IMG/VR virus record: IMGVR_UViG_3300034128_000016
Location: 1 to 35,653 of that record
DNA: 35,653 nt
Direction: 5' to 3' (one strand)
DNA from: a virus
Lineage: Duplodnaviria > Caudoviricetes
In this document: piece after piece, positions 18,272 through 27,942 of the stretch
How the letters are laid out: each line of letters opens with the position of its first letter
Position numbering within the stretch: position 1 is the stretch's first letter
Position numbers and translations under genes: made by a program
The notes under the pieces: generated by a model
What the model was told of the DNA's origin: nothing
The model's input: the letters and a program-made list of their open reading frames with translations, nothing else
The model's database searches: none

Positions 18272-18391
18272 ATTTTGTACCAAGGAGCTTAACATCATTG
18301 TCACAGTCTTTGTTCCTATACGGTTTAGGGTTATTGGTATGGAGCCTGTTGGTAATCTGACAGGCTCCGTCACCAAAACAAACGTAGAAGA

Positions 18392-19030
18392 ATGGAAGTT
18401 ATTCAAATCCTGAAACCCAAATCTATCGCACTGGGGTTCAGCAAAGAAGAGCTGGAGACAGTCGCAAACCAGATCAAAGCCACCTTACCGGAGAACGCCA
18501 CCGATGAACAGATAGACGCAGCAGTCGAAGCGGCTATTCCTTATTTAAAGGTTTCTCAAACAGCGGTCAGCAGAATTGTGAACGCAGCCAAGGAGAAAAC
18601 CACACCAGCACCAGCACCCACCGGGTCACCAGAACCGGACAAAACAGGGGGCAATCCAAACCCAAATGAAGAACCTGCATGGTTCAAATCCTACAGGGAA
18701 ACACAGGACCAGAGGATGAACCAGATTGAGCAGGTTAATATCAGCAAGACCAGAGTTGCTGCTTATACCGAGAAGATAAAAGACCTTCCCGAAAAGCACC
18801 AGGCGGCATTGCTGAAAGACTTCAACCGGGTTGTGGGTACGTTTAAAGATGACACTGACTTTGCCAGCTACCTTACAGATAAAGAAGCTGACATCTCAGC
18901 ACTGAATCAGGAACTTGCTGATATGGGCCTTAAAAAGATGAAGCGACCTGGCGGCGGTGGAGAACCAACTGGAGATGAAGATGCCTTCGTGAAAACCATG
19001 AAGGAGATGAACGCTCCAGAAAAGAAATAG
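18392..19030 (+). CDS. Capsid scaffolding protein (putative)
   Basis: Helical and charged with a Pro-rich linker and EEPAWFK; upstream of the capsid genes. Confidence 0.7.
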   Translation: MEVIQILKPKSIALGFSKEELETVANQIKATLPENATDEQIDAAVEAAIPYLKVSQTAVSRIVNAAKEKTTPAPAPTGSPEPDKTGGNPNPNEEPAWFKSYRETQDQRMNQIEQVNISKTRVAAYTEKIKDLPEKHQAALLKDFNRVVGTFKDDTDFASYLTDKEADISALNQELADMGLKKMKRPGGGGEPTGDEDAFVKTMKEMNAPEKK

Positions 19031-19048
19031 TAATAACATAAAACGAAA

Positions 19049-19633
19049 ATGGACTACACAAACACAGCACAGACTGGTAACAGCTACAACCACATGTGGG
19101 ACGTGGCGACTACCAGAGAGTTTGAAGGTGGTTTTTTGTTCGACAAAACAACCGTTCCAGTTGGAACACTTACGCTCCCCAAGGGTGCGCTTTTGAAGGT
19201 TGACCAAGTTGAACGCAAGGCCACTCTCATTAAGGCTCCGGTACTTCAGGCAGCTCTCACTGCACTGGCAACCGAAGTCAGAATCCTCAAAGGTTCGCAC
19301 CTGCTTGCCACCGATGTTATCGGAACCGCAGCACAGGCTGTAACCGTTGGAGTAATCGACACATCAGATGCCGATTATGACTCATTCGCCATTTCAGCCG
19401 ATGATCTGGGCGCACTCGCTGTTGGAGCAATCCTTCAGACATACGACTCTGCTGGTGCTGCCGGCAAAGTTGCTATCAACCCGGACGGGTTGAACTATGC
19501 AGATGTTGAGCTGGACGCACAGCCGACATGTACGGTTATTTACGAGGCCAAAGGTGTACAGACAGCCAGACTTCCGCAGGGAGTAACTGCTGCCATTAAA
19601 GCGGCCCTGAAATTCATTCAATTTATAGGGTAA
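19049..19633 (+). CDS. Head decoration / capsid cement protein (putative)
   Basis: Ala/Val/Thr-rich, between scaffold and capsid; GGF... and RLP....IKAALKFIQF terminus. Confidence 0.6.
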   Translation: MDYTNTAQTGNSYNHMWDVATTREFEGGFLFDKTTVPVGTLTLPKGALLKVDQVERKATLIKAPVLQAALTALATEVRILKGSHLLATDVIGTAAQAVTVGVIDTSDADYDSFAISADDLGALAVGAILQTYDSAGAAGKVAINPDGLNYADVELDAQPTCTVIYEAKGVQTARLPQGVTAAIKAALKFIQFIG

Positions 19634-19637
19634 GCTC

Positions 19638-20744
19638 ATGCCGACAATACTCGAATCAATACAAAATCCCAAAGCGTTTGATGCTTTCGTCAACGAAAAC
19701 ATGAAAACGTCCACCTATCAGATAGGTTGGAATGCGGAGATGGATGTGGAATATGAAGCATCTAAAAACTGGGCGGCAGCAACCGCAGACTATGCAGCAG
19801 CAATGCTGGGTACGGTAATCGACAAGAACGCCGAAAGGCCCAAGCGTGACATGCCTTCAATCGGAGAACTCTCCGGTACTCTGGCCCGTATGGGTGATGA
19901 GTGGCAGATCGACAATGATCGTCTGGAGAGATACATGTTCATGGAAAGTCGCCTCAAAGCGAGGACAGCGAACCTGACTAACGAGCAGAAGGCTGCTCAG
20001 TATGCCAGGATCGTAAAGTACCTGTTCAATCCTTACGAACTGGCAGCGATTGCACCTCACAGGCGTATTCTTGCACAGTATCTGGAAGGACTTTCTGACG
20101 GACAAGTCACCCTGACCAAAACCAACAACGCCGGTGGTGTCATATGGTCTGAGGCAATCAATGTAGGGATTGCGAAGACTGCTCTCCCGGCTGACGGTGT
20201 TGTATGGTCACAGGCTAACGCCGCAACGATGGACGTTATCAAGGTCCTTATGGCAGCAGAAGACGCTGCTGACGCTGCTGGCAAGGTCGTTCTCAAGCAC
20301 AGGGTAAGCAGGGCAACTGCTTCTTATATTATCATGTCCAAGCAGCTCAAAGACCTTGTGTCTTATAACCTCGGCAAAGTTCAGGTTGCAGCTGGCGGAT
20401 TCCTCTCACTTGAGACTGTCAACCTTTATCTAACAGGTGTGGGTCTGAAGCCAATTGAAGTCGTGAACGAGAAGGGTATCCTGAACACCGGAGGTGCCGT
20501 TTCACTGTTCAAAGACGGACGGCTTGTTACCCAGTGCGCCCCGAAGGTTGCCGTCCTGAAGGTCTCTGATCCTCTGGAAGCAATAGATCCGGTTCCGAAC
20601 AAACTCTACACCACGTTCAATGACAACCTTGTTTCTCAGTGGAGAAACGACAAAGGCCGTTATGTGGGATACGAGATGTTTGCGTTCCCTGCCTTTATTG
20701 GTAACAAAGACGTTTTTATTACTGACGTCAGCGCAACTGTCTAA
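19638..20744 (+). CDS. Major capsid protein
   Basis: 368 aa, position in the head module, C-terminal FAFPAF typical of major capsid E-like proteins. Confidence 0.75.
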   Translation: MPTILESIQNPKAFDAFVNENMKTSTYQIGWNAEMDVEYEASKNWAAATADYAAAMLGTVIDKNAERPKRDMPSIGELSGTLARMGDEWQIDNDRLERYMFMESRLKARTANLTNEQKAAQYARIVKYLFNPYELAAIAPHRRILAQYLEGLSDGQVTLTKTNNAGGVIWSEAINVGIAKTALPADGVVWSQANAATMDVIKVLMAAEDAADAAGKVVLKHRVSRATASYIIMSKQLKDLVSYNLGKVQVAAGGFLSLETVNLYLTGVGLKPIEVVNEKGILNTGGAVSLFKDGRLVTQCAPKVAVLKVSDPLEAIDPVPNKLYTTFNDNLVSQWRNDKGRYVGYEMFAFPAFIGNKDVFITDVSATV

Positions 20745-20747
20745 GGT

Positions 20748-21062
20748 ATGACCTATCTGTTGGCTATAAAGCATGATTTACAGCCGTTCCCGGTTTCATC
20801 TGACATGATCACACGCAAGTGTGAAAAGCATGGCTTGACGGCTACTGCTGAGGTGGAGGACGAAGCCAAGATATTACTGGTAGAGATTGAGCTGCTATCG
20901 CAGCTCATCCCTCTCCAGTCGGTATCTGAAGGAGGGGTAAGTAAGTCCTTTGATAAGGGTGCCGCACTTTTGTTGCTAAAGAGATTATGCAACGAAGCCG
21001 GGATCGATGGCAGCAATTATGTCACTGAGGGCAGTGTAACGTTCAGAGCCGACTTATCGTGA
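20748..21062 (+). CDS. Head-tail adaptor (DUF6706-like)
   Basis: SVSEGGVSKSFD motif; follows the capsid gene. Confidence 0.65.
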   Translation: MTYLLAIKHDLQPFPVSSDMITRKCEKHGLTATAEVEDEAKILLVEIELLSQLIPLQSVSEGGVSKSFDKGAALLLLKRLCNEAGIDGSNYVTEGSVTFRADLS

Positions 21063-21370
21063 AAGGCACAATCGCAACAAGAGTGACAACCGGGGGAGGC
21101 ATAGACCAGTTAACCGGAGAGCCGATCCCTGTTACCTTTCTCTGGAGCGATGAAATTGAATGCCTTTACACGCCAGTCCAAAACAGCAATCAGGGACGCT
21201 ATACGGATGGAACCTTCAAACAGGCCAGCTACACGATTACGACTGAGAAAATGGACTTTGCAGCCAAGCTACTCAGACTGACAAACAGCCGGGGACAGGT
21301 CGCACACGAAGGGGAGATCATCAGTATTGAATTCCTCGAAGACATCCAGCGAGTTAAAATAATAGTGTAA
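21059..21370 (+). CDS. Head closure/stopper protein (putative)
   Basis: GGGID..TGEPI...WSDEIEC; GTG start overlapping the previous stop; synteny. Confidence 0.6.
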   Translation: MKGTIATRVTTGGGIDQLTGEPIPVTFLWSDEIECLYTPVQNSNQGRYTDGTFKQASYTITTEKMDFAAKLLRLTNSRGQVAHEGEIISIEFLEDIQRVKIIV

Positions 21371-21822
21371 TGACTATCAAAAGACTGTCACCAAAAGGAG
21401 CCGTAAACACCGCCATCAGGCGGAATGTCCTGCTGGCGAAACAGTCAATGTATAACACTCTGGTAAGAGTTGGAGAGGAGTGCGTTGTGTATGCAAGGAC
21501 AAATGGCAGTTACACTGACCAGACAGGGAACCTGAGAAGCTCAGTGGGCTTTGCAGTTATTGATAACGGGAGAGTCATTTCTAAAAGTGGATTTGCCGCA
21601 GTGAAGCAGGGCGCCGAAGGAGCCAGTCAGGGCAAGGATTTTCTAAGCGAGATTATATCTCAACATGGGAACAGTCTAGTCCTTATTGTGGTTGCAGGAA
21701 TGAATTATGCAACCTATGTAGAAACCAAGTCATACGATGTCATCTCAGGCGCAGAATTAAGAAGTGACGCACTGGTCCCCCAGCTATTAAGACAGCTGGG
21801 CTTTAATGTCAGGAAGAAATGA
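21370..21822 (+). CDS. Neck/tail completion protein (HK97 gp10-like)
   Basis: DQTGNLRSSVG and AGMNYATYVE motifs. Confidence 0.8.
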   Translation: MTIKRLSPKGAVNTAIRRNVLLAKQSMYNTLVRVGEECVVYARTNGSYTDQTGNLRSSVGFAVIDNGRVISKSGFAAVKQGAEGASQGKDFLSEIISQHGNSLVLIVVAGMNYATYVETKSYDVISGAELRSDALVPQLLRQLGFNVRKK

Positions 21823-22250
21823 GAAAAGTAGCAGAGGAGGTTGAACAGGACGTTTTCGTGCTTTTACAGGCAGACCCGATTGCGGCACTGATCAGCGGAG
21901 ATATTTACCGACAGGGTATGAGGCCCTTCAACTCAAAGATGGAGGATATAGTTATTGCCTTCCTTACAGGGCTGGATGGACAGAAGCAGACGGGAGTCGT
22001 GAATATCAATTGCTACGTCCCGGATATCGACAACGGGCAGCAGTTACTGGTTAAGAATGTCGGCAGGTGCAAGGCGCTTGCCATAGCTCTCAACACCTTT
22101 AAAGAGGAGTTGATGACCAGCGATATTGCTTTTGAACGGTCCGGGTACAAATTCCTTTCAGGGGACAACATGATCACGACTTATGAGGAACAGGAGATCG
22201 ATCAGCATTTTATCAACATGAGATTAAAGTTTGAGTATCTAACAATTTAA
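21819..22250 (+). CDS. Tail terminator protein (putative)
   Basis: ISGDIYR..MRP..S..EDIVI, VNINCYVPDI; precedes the tail tube gene. Confidence 0.65.
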   Translation: MRKVAEEVEQDVFVLLQADPIAALISGDIYRQGMRPFNSKMEDIVIAFLTGLDGQKQTGVVNINCYVPDIDNGQQLLVKNVGRCKALAIALNTFKEELMTSDIAFERSGYKFLSGDNMITTYEEQEIDQHFINMRLKFEYLTI

Positions 22251-22265
22251 TAAGACAAAATCACT

Positions 22266-22736
22266 ATGGCAACAGCATGGGGAACAATAGTAATGAGCGT
22301 AGCAGCTACAGGCGCATTAGACGTTATGGGCGCTCCGCTGGTTTCACTCGGTAACATCAAAGAAGACTCAATGTCCATTACCCCGGAAGATGGCGGTTCA
22401 ATGCAGCTTTTCGGAACAGGACACGTTCTGATTGATGAACTGAAAAACGAACCATCATTGAAGATCGCTGCCACACTTGTCGGACTTGCAAACGCAAAAC
22501 AGTTCTGGACAGTGGACGCAGTTGAAACAGGTCAGGTAAAGTCACTGATCAAATCTGGCAACTACTCGGTGAAGTTCGCTTCAGCAGTCGTTGGATCAGA
22601 CTCTTTTGAAGCACCGAAGTGTATCATTTCAGGTACGCCGGTATTCTCCGAGAAAGAGGGTTGGACTGTGACGCTTGAAATTACAATCCTGAAAGGTGCA
22701 GCCGGTTATCTGTTTGAGCTTGCACCAGTAGTATAA
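22266..22736 (+). CDS. Major tail tube protein
   Basis: 156 aa, AWG...LGNIKEDS; located before the chaperone and tape measure genes. Confidence 0.7.
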   Translation: MATAWGTIVMSVAATGALDVMGAPLVSLGNIKEDSMSITPEDGGSMQLFGTGHVLIDELKNEPSLKIAATLVGLANAKQFWTVDAVETGQVKSLIKSGNYSVKFASAVVGSDSFEAPKCIISGTPVFSEKEGWTVTLEITILKGAAGYLFELAPVV

Positions 22737-23236
22737 TGGAGGCCGAAATAGAGAAGACGGTATCTGAAGCACTATTGCAGGAAAAAAAAGTGGTTAGGTT
22801 GGGTGGTGTTGACTATGAGGTCGCACCCCCTACCATCGCCACTCTTGTAAAGGTTTCGGAGCTGGTTGCCTTACTGCCGGGCCAGACGCTGGATGAAGAC
22901 AAGGTCCTTGCTGAGACATTACGCATAGCAAAAGACTGCACCGTAATTGCAGAGATTGTCGCCGTAATGATATTGGGAGTCCAGAAGCCAGAAAAACGCC
23001 GGCCATTCCACAAAAGCGATCTACTTCAGCTATCACAGAAACTATTCCACACAGCCTCTCCGGTCCAGCTTAAAAACGCAATGATGACACTATTGGGACA
23101 TCTGGAGGTTGGCGATTTTTTCGGGCTTACTGCTTTCCTCTTAGAAGTCGGGATAACGAAGAAGACCAGGAAGGCAGAAACGACAGCATCTGGGCCACAG
23201 TCGCCAGTGTCGTTAAGTGGTACGGTCTTACCATAG
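22736..23236 (+). CDS. Tail assembly chaperone (gpG-like)
   Basis: Between tail tube and tape measure; YEVAPPTIATL. Confidence 0.7.
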   Translation: MEAEIEKTVSEALLQEKKVVRLGGVDYEVAPPTIATLVKVSELVALLPGQTLDEDKVLAETLRIAKDCTVIAEIVAVMILGVQKPEKRRPFHKSDLLQLSQKLFHTASPVQLKNAMMTLLGHLEVGDFFGLTAFLLEVGITKKTRKAETTASGPQSPVSLSGTVLP

Positions 23237-23397
23237 AGTACGTCCTTTATGACATGAGTTACGTCAACGTGATCATGTTCAACGCCGTCATCCCTGATAG
23301 CGGTTACAATAAGGACGAAGACAATAAACCAGTCAAGAAAGGGCTGGGGTTCGGGGACTTTATTGATCACATGAAAACGCTCAAAGAGGATGAATAA
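23116..23397 (+). CDS. -1 frameshift extension of the tail chaperone (gpGT-like; fusion about 220 aa from 22736)
   Basis: In-frame slippery T TTT TTC at 23116-23122. The -1 frame is open to TAA 23395-23397 (..NDSIWATVASVVKWYGLTIEYVLYDMSYVNVIMFNAVIP..) and overlaps the TMP start. Confidence 0.7.
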   Translation, partial: FFRAYCFPLRSRDNEEDQEGRNDSIWATVASVVKWYGLTIEYVLYDMSYVNVIMFNAVIPDSGYNKDEDNKPVKKGLGFGDFIDHMKTLKEDE

Positions 23398-26300
23398 CGT
23401 AGCTGGCAAGGAATGGTACGGTGTTGGGCTTGACACTACACAATTCCAGCAGGGTGCAGACCGGGTTACTCAGGGCTTTAACAAGATTGATCAACAGGCC
23501 AGCAAGTCCGGGGCCAGTCTCGAGTCTTCGTTCAAAAAAGGTGCGATAGCTCTTGGTGCGATGTTCACCGTTACGGCAGCAGCTGGGATCATTGGAAATA
23601 TAGCAAAGGTCCGGGGCGAGTTCCAGCAACTGGAGATAGCCTTCACGACCATGCTTGGCAGCGAAAAGGCGTCAAGGGCTTTAATGGCCCAGATGACAAA
23701 GACGGCTGCCGAAACACCCTTTGACTTAACTCAGGTAGCATCAGGAGCAAAACAGCTTCTGGCCTATGGCTTCAATGTAGAGAAGGTCAACGATACACTG
23801 GTCACTCTGGGAGACGTTGCCAGTGGCGTATCTGCTCCGCTGAATGATATCGTTTATTTATACGGAACACTCCGGGCCAGTGGAAGGGTCATGCAGATTG
23901 ATATAAGGCAGTTTGCCAATAGAGGAATACCAATTTACGAGGAACTGGCAAAGGTTCTCAAAGTCAACGTAAGCGAGATTAACGAGCTCGTCCGTGCAGG
24001 ACAAGTGGGCTTCCCCCATGTAGAGGAAGCATTCAAGAATATGACATCTGAGGGAGGCCGGTTCAATGACCTGATGAAGAAACAGGCTGACAGTATTGTG
24101 GGTCTGAAGTCCAACCTGAAGGATGCCGCTGACATGGCAAAGAACGAGCTTGGTAAAAAGCTCGAACCAGCATTTGAATCCCTGCTCCGGGGAGGCATTG
24201 AGGTCACAAAGAATCTGGATGAAATTGGCAGGGTGGTGATTGAGCTGATTGCTATTTACGGAGCATACCGGGCTTCGCTTCTGGTCATCAATGCCATGCA
24301 CTCCCTGAACATTAAGATCATGCGACAGGCCGTTCTGGAAAAGAAGCTGGCAGCAATGGGTTCGATCCACCTCTCAAATGCTGAAGCAATCGCAGCAGCC
24401 AGGACTAAGATGCTGGCTATAGCTCAGCAGGGGCTTGTCAAGTCTCTGAAGGCAGCTTCAACGGCATTGCTTGCCAATCCATACATCTTAGTCGCCGCAG
24501 CAATAGCCGCAATGGGCTTTGCGATCTACAAGGTGGTGACTCATCAGAATGAGATGGAGAAGGCCACAGAACGGCTTAACAAAGCATCCAAAGAGTCTGA
24601 GAACAATTCACTGGGAGAACAACGGGAGTTAGTTAGGCTGAATGCAGAGCTGGCTGCAACAAAGAAGGGTACTGCCGAATTTGAGGCAGCAAAAGACAAG
24701 ATCATAAAGAAATACGGCCAGTATGACAAAACACTGGCTGACGAGATTGACCGGGTTGGCACACTGGAGGGAAAATACCTCAGTCTTACTGCCAGCATCC
24801 AGCAGTCTTATGACGCCCGGCAGTATGACAAATTCATGGAAGAGCAAGGGGCTGCACTGGATGAAACCATGTCAGACAACCTGAGTAAACTCTATGAGAA
24901 ATTGACAAAACAGCTCGGTCAGGAAACAGGGAGCAAATTCTATTCTGAGATCAAAATGGCCCTGATGCAGAGTATGGCAGAGGGTGAAAGTCTCCAGACC
25001 ACACTCTCCAAAGAGATGAAGGACTTTGTTTTCGGGTACAGCAAAGGCTCTTATGACAACCCTGCAATCATGCGTTTTGTCGGTAACATCTCTGAGGCCA
25101 TCGTCGCTACCAAAGCAGCAGACAAGCAAGCGAAGGAGCTGTTCGGCGTCATAGCCACCGGAGGCGGCACAACAGACGGCGCAGCCGAGAAAGGTCCTCT
25201 GGCTTCAGTCTTACAACAGATAACCGAGCTTAAGGCAGGTATCATTGAAGCGGAGTCCATTCTGAAGGACATGCGCAAAGGGGAGTCTCTATCAACTGTA
25301 GAAGACATTGACAAACAGGTTGAGAGGATCGAGGAGCTGAAGAAACAGCTGGAAACCCTTACTGGGACAAAGCCACAAAAAGCCACTACAGATAAGACTT
25401 CAAAGCAGGAACTGAATGACCGGCTGGCAGCTATTCTGGAGGCCAAGAAAAAGATCGCTGAAGCGGAGATCAATGCTGAATATGAAATCTGGCAGGGGAA
25501 GATCGGCGTAATGGCTGAAGGCCATGCCAAACAGAGAGCGCAGATAGAGCTTAACTACCAGAGGCAGATTACTGAAAACCGCCGTCTAGCTGAACAGATG
25601 GTTAAGGACCAGCAGGAGATTGAACGGGCGCAATGGGAAACCAGTAACCAGGACTGGAAAAAGAAGGATCTTATCTTCACCCCGACAACTCAGGGCGTTG
25701 CTCAGCTCTCTGGGACCCAGCAGGGCCAGCTGAGCGCAAAGGATCAACAGGCCATTGACGAAAGAGCAAAGGCGGAGCAGGGACTTTCTGCTGAGCTTTT
25801 AAAGCAATATCAGGATTATGCAACCCAGAGGATTGCTATTGAGAAGCAGTTCAATGAAGCTATTGCCGACCTGCAAGCCAGCAGAACAGCAGAGAACGCA
25901 ACGGCAACAGACGCAGCTATCGCTGAAGCTAAAAAGCAGATGATTGAGTCGCTGGCAGATATCGACTTTGAGCAATTTCAAGATACCGGATTATGGAAAC
26001 AGATGTTCGGTGATCTGGAGAAGGTCGGGACGTCAACACTCAAATCAATTCTGGCACAGGCAAAGGCAGTCAATGCCACAGCATGGAACCCCGAAGACCT
26101 GAAAGAATATCAGGATGCTATTGAGAAGCTGGAAGACACAATCACTAACCGGAATCCATTCCGGGCGTTGGGTGAGAGCTGGGGTGATATGGTCGAAGCA
26201 ATGAAGGCCGGGGATGCTGATACGATCAAAAGTGGTGCAGAAAAGCTGACCAGCTCAATCGACACCATTACCGGGGACCTTACAGAAATTGGTGACGGGA

Positions 26301-27544
26301 TCGGTAGCCTGTTTGGGGAGGACGCTGCCTATGCAGCCGAGAACATTACTGGTCTGATCGGTGGCGTTGGGGAGCTGGGCAAGGGTGTAGCACAGCTGGC
26401 CTCCGGGGACATTATTGGAGGCATAGCTTCAGTACTCAAAGGACTGGGCAAAATCTTTACCATCTTCAAGAAAATCAGGGAGCAGAACGAAGCGATCCGG
26501 GAGGAAATTTATGCTTGGAGAGATGCAGTAACAGCTGGAGAAAGAGAATACCAAGCCCTTCTCCGGGAACGTCTCAGGATAGAACAGCAGATCGGGGAAC
26601 TGGCTTTGCAATACCACCAGCGGATCACAGCTGAGCTGGACAAGCAAAAAGAGGCCACCAGCAAAACTTATAATAATACACTTGCTGAACTGCAAAAGCT
26701 CGAATATATATCGGGCCAGACAAACATACATGGAACTCTATTCCGTAAGGCCAAAGTGGAAAACAGTTATGGCTCTCTTAACGGGAAAAGCTTTGCGGAG
26801 CTTGAACGGCTATACACGCAGGGTAAACTTGAAGAACAGGCTGCCAAGCTATTCGAGCAGCTCCGAGACCTGAAGGCTGAAGGGGCTGACATTGACCAGA
26901 TGCTGGCTGACTCTGCACTGGCTTTCAGTGAGGCATTATCGGGGATGACCTTTGACGGCATGAGAGACTCATTTTCGAGCTTTATGGAGGACGGTAAGGT
27001 TTCGGCAGACGAGACTGCTGAGTACATGGAAAACGCCTTCCGTGAGGCTATCATAAACTCCCTGATAATTCAAAGGTTCGATCCGCTGCTTCAGGAGCTT
27101 GTCGATAAAGTCTGGGCCGCTGTTGAAGACGGGTCATTCACTGAGCGCCTTGATGAGTTTAAGGCCAATGCAGCGGCACTGGGAGCTGACATGAACTCGG
27201 CGCTTGCTCCCTTCAATGATTTGTTTGATGCAATGGACAAGGGACAGGAGGCTGCAAAGAATGCCTTTGCCACAATGTCACAGGATACCGGGGACGAGCT
27301 GAATGGTCGGTTTACGGCCTTACAGATGTCCGGGGAAAGATCGGCAGTATCACTAGCCTTCCTACAGGCGGACTTGACGGATGTAAGAAAAACCAGTCTG
27401 TTGGCAGCAGAGTACACCCTTGAGCTACGTGATATCAGTCTCTCCGGGCTGGACCAGCTGACAAAGATTGCAAAGAACACCAATGAGCTGTATGTGATGA
27501 ACGACAGGCTGAATAAAATAGAAGAAAATACCAGAGGATTATGA
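23390..27544 (+). CDS. Tail tape measure protein
   Basis: 1384 aa, helical and Ala-rich; tape-measure domain AAETPFDL..V..GAKQLLAYGF...QFANRGIPIYEELAK. Confidence 0.93.
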   Translation: MNNVAGKEWYGVGLDTTQFQQGADRVTQGFNKIDQQASKSGASLESSFKKGAIALGAMFTVTAAAGIIGNIAKVRGEFQQLEIAFTTMLGSEKASRALMAQMTKTAAETPFDLTQVASGAKQLLAYGFNVEKVNDTLVTLGDVASGVSAPLNDIVYLYGTLRASGRVMQIDIRQFANRGIPIYEELAKVLKVNVSEINELVRAGQVGFPHVEEAFKNMTSEGGRFNDLMKKQADSIVGLKSNLKDAADMAKNELGKKLEPAFESLLRGGIEVTKNLDEIGRVVIELIAIYGAYRASLLVINAMHSLNIKIMRQAVLEKKLAAMGSIHLSNAEAIAAARTKMLAIAQQGLVKSLKAASTALLANPYILVAAAIAAMGFAIYKVVTHQNEMEKATERLNKASKESENNSLGEQRELVRLNAELAATKKGTAEFEAAKDKIIKKYGQYDKTLADEIDRVGTLEGKYLSLTASIQQSYDARQYDKFMEEQGAALDETMSDNLSKLYEKLTKQLGQETGSKFYSEIKMALMQSMAEGESLQTTLSKEMKDFVFGYSKGSYDNPAIMRFVGNISEAIVATKAADKQAKELFGVIATGGGTTDGAAEKGPLASVLQQITELKAGIIEAESILKDMRKGESLSTVEDIDKQVERIEELKKQLETLTGTKPQKATTDKTSKQELNDRLAAILEAKKKIAEAEINAEYEIWQGKIGVMAEGHAKQRAQIELNYQRQITENRRLAEQMVKDQQEIERAQWETSNQDWKKKDLIFTPTTQGVAQLSGTQQGQLSAKDQQAIDERAKAEQGLSAELLKQYQDYATQRIAIEKQFNEAIADLQASRTAENATATDAAIAEAKKQMIESLADIDFEQFQDTGLWKQMFGDLEKVGTSTLKSILAQAKAVNATAWNPEDLKEYQDAIEKLEDTITNRNPFRALGESWGDMVEAMKAGDADTIKSGAEKLTSSIDTITGDLTEIGDGIGSLFGEDAAYAAENITGLIGGVGELGKGVAQLASGDIIGGIASVLKGLGKIFTIFKKIREQNEAIREEIYAWRDAVTAGEREYQALLRERLRIEQQIGELALQYHQRITAELDKQKEATSKTYNNTLAELQKLEYISGQTNIHGTLFRKAKVENSYGSLNGKSFAELERLYTQGKLEEQAAKLFEQLRDLKAEGADIDQMLADSALAFSEALSGMTFDGMRDSFSSFMEDGKVSADETAEYMENAFREAIINSLIIQRFDPLLQELVDKVWAAVEDGSFTERLDEFKANAAALGADMNSALAPFNDLFDAMDKGQEAAKNAFATMSQDTGDELNGRFTALQMSGERSAVSLAFLQADLTDVRKTSLLAAEYTLELRDISLSGLDQLTKIAKNTNELYVMNDRLNKIEENTRGL

Positions 27545-27942
27545 CAGGAGACTTATTCATAAATACGAAGGATGCGTGGACCACCTGGGGTGTGTTCCTT
27601 GAAGAAGGCAGTGAAGACAAATTACTGGTGGCATCACCAATGAAGGACTATATCAGTAATAAGTCCCGGCAGGAAGACGGCAAACAGGTTCTGACTTCAA
27701 CGCCGAAAGTGGACGAGCGAACCCTCACCGTTGTCTTTTGCTTTGCGAAGGCATCGACTGACTTTCTTACCCGATACAAATCATTTATGACTGAGCTGTA
27801 TCTAGGACGGATGGTACTGAATGTTGTCAGTCTGGGGATCACTTTCACTCTGGATTATCTCAATTCAGCATCACTCTCTAGCCTGACAACACTGGGCAAA
27901 GTAGCGGTTACATTCAGTGAGCCTAACCCCATGAACAGATGA
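27541..27942 (+). CDS. Distal tail protein (putative)
   Basis: INTKDAWTTWGV...FSEPNP; directly after the TMP gene. Confidence 0.65.
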   Translation: MTGDLFINTKDAWTTWGVFLEEGSEDKLLVASPMKDYISNKSRQEDGKQVLTSTPKVDERTLTVVFCFAKASTDFLTRYKSFMTELYLGRMVLNVVSLGITFTLDYLNSASLSSLTTLGKVAVTFSEPNPMNR

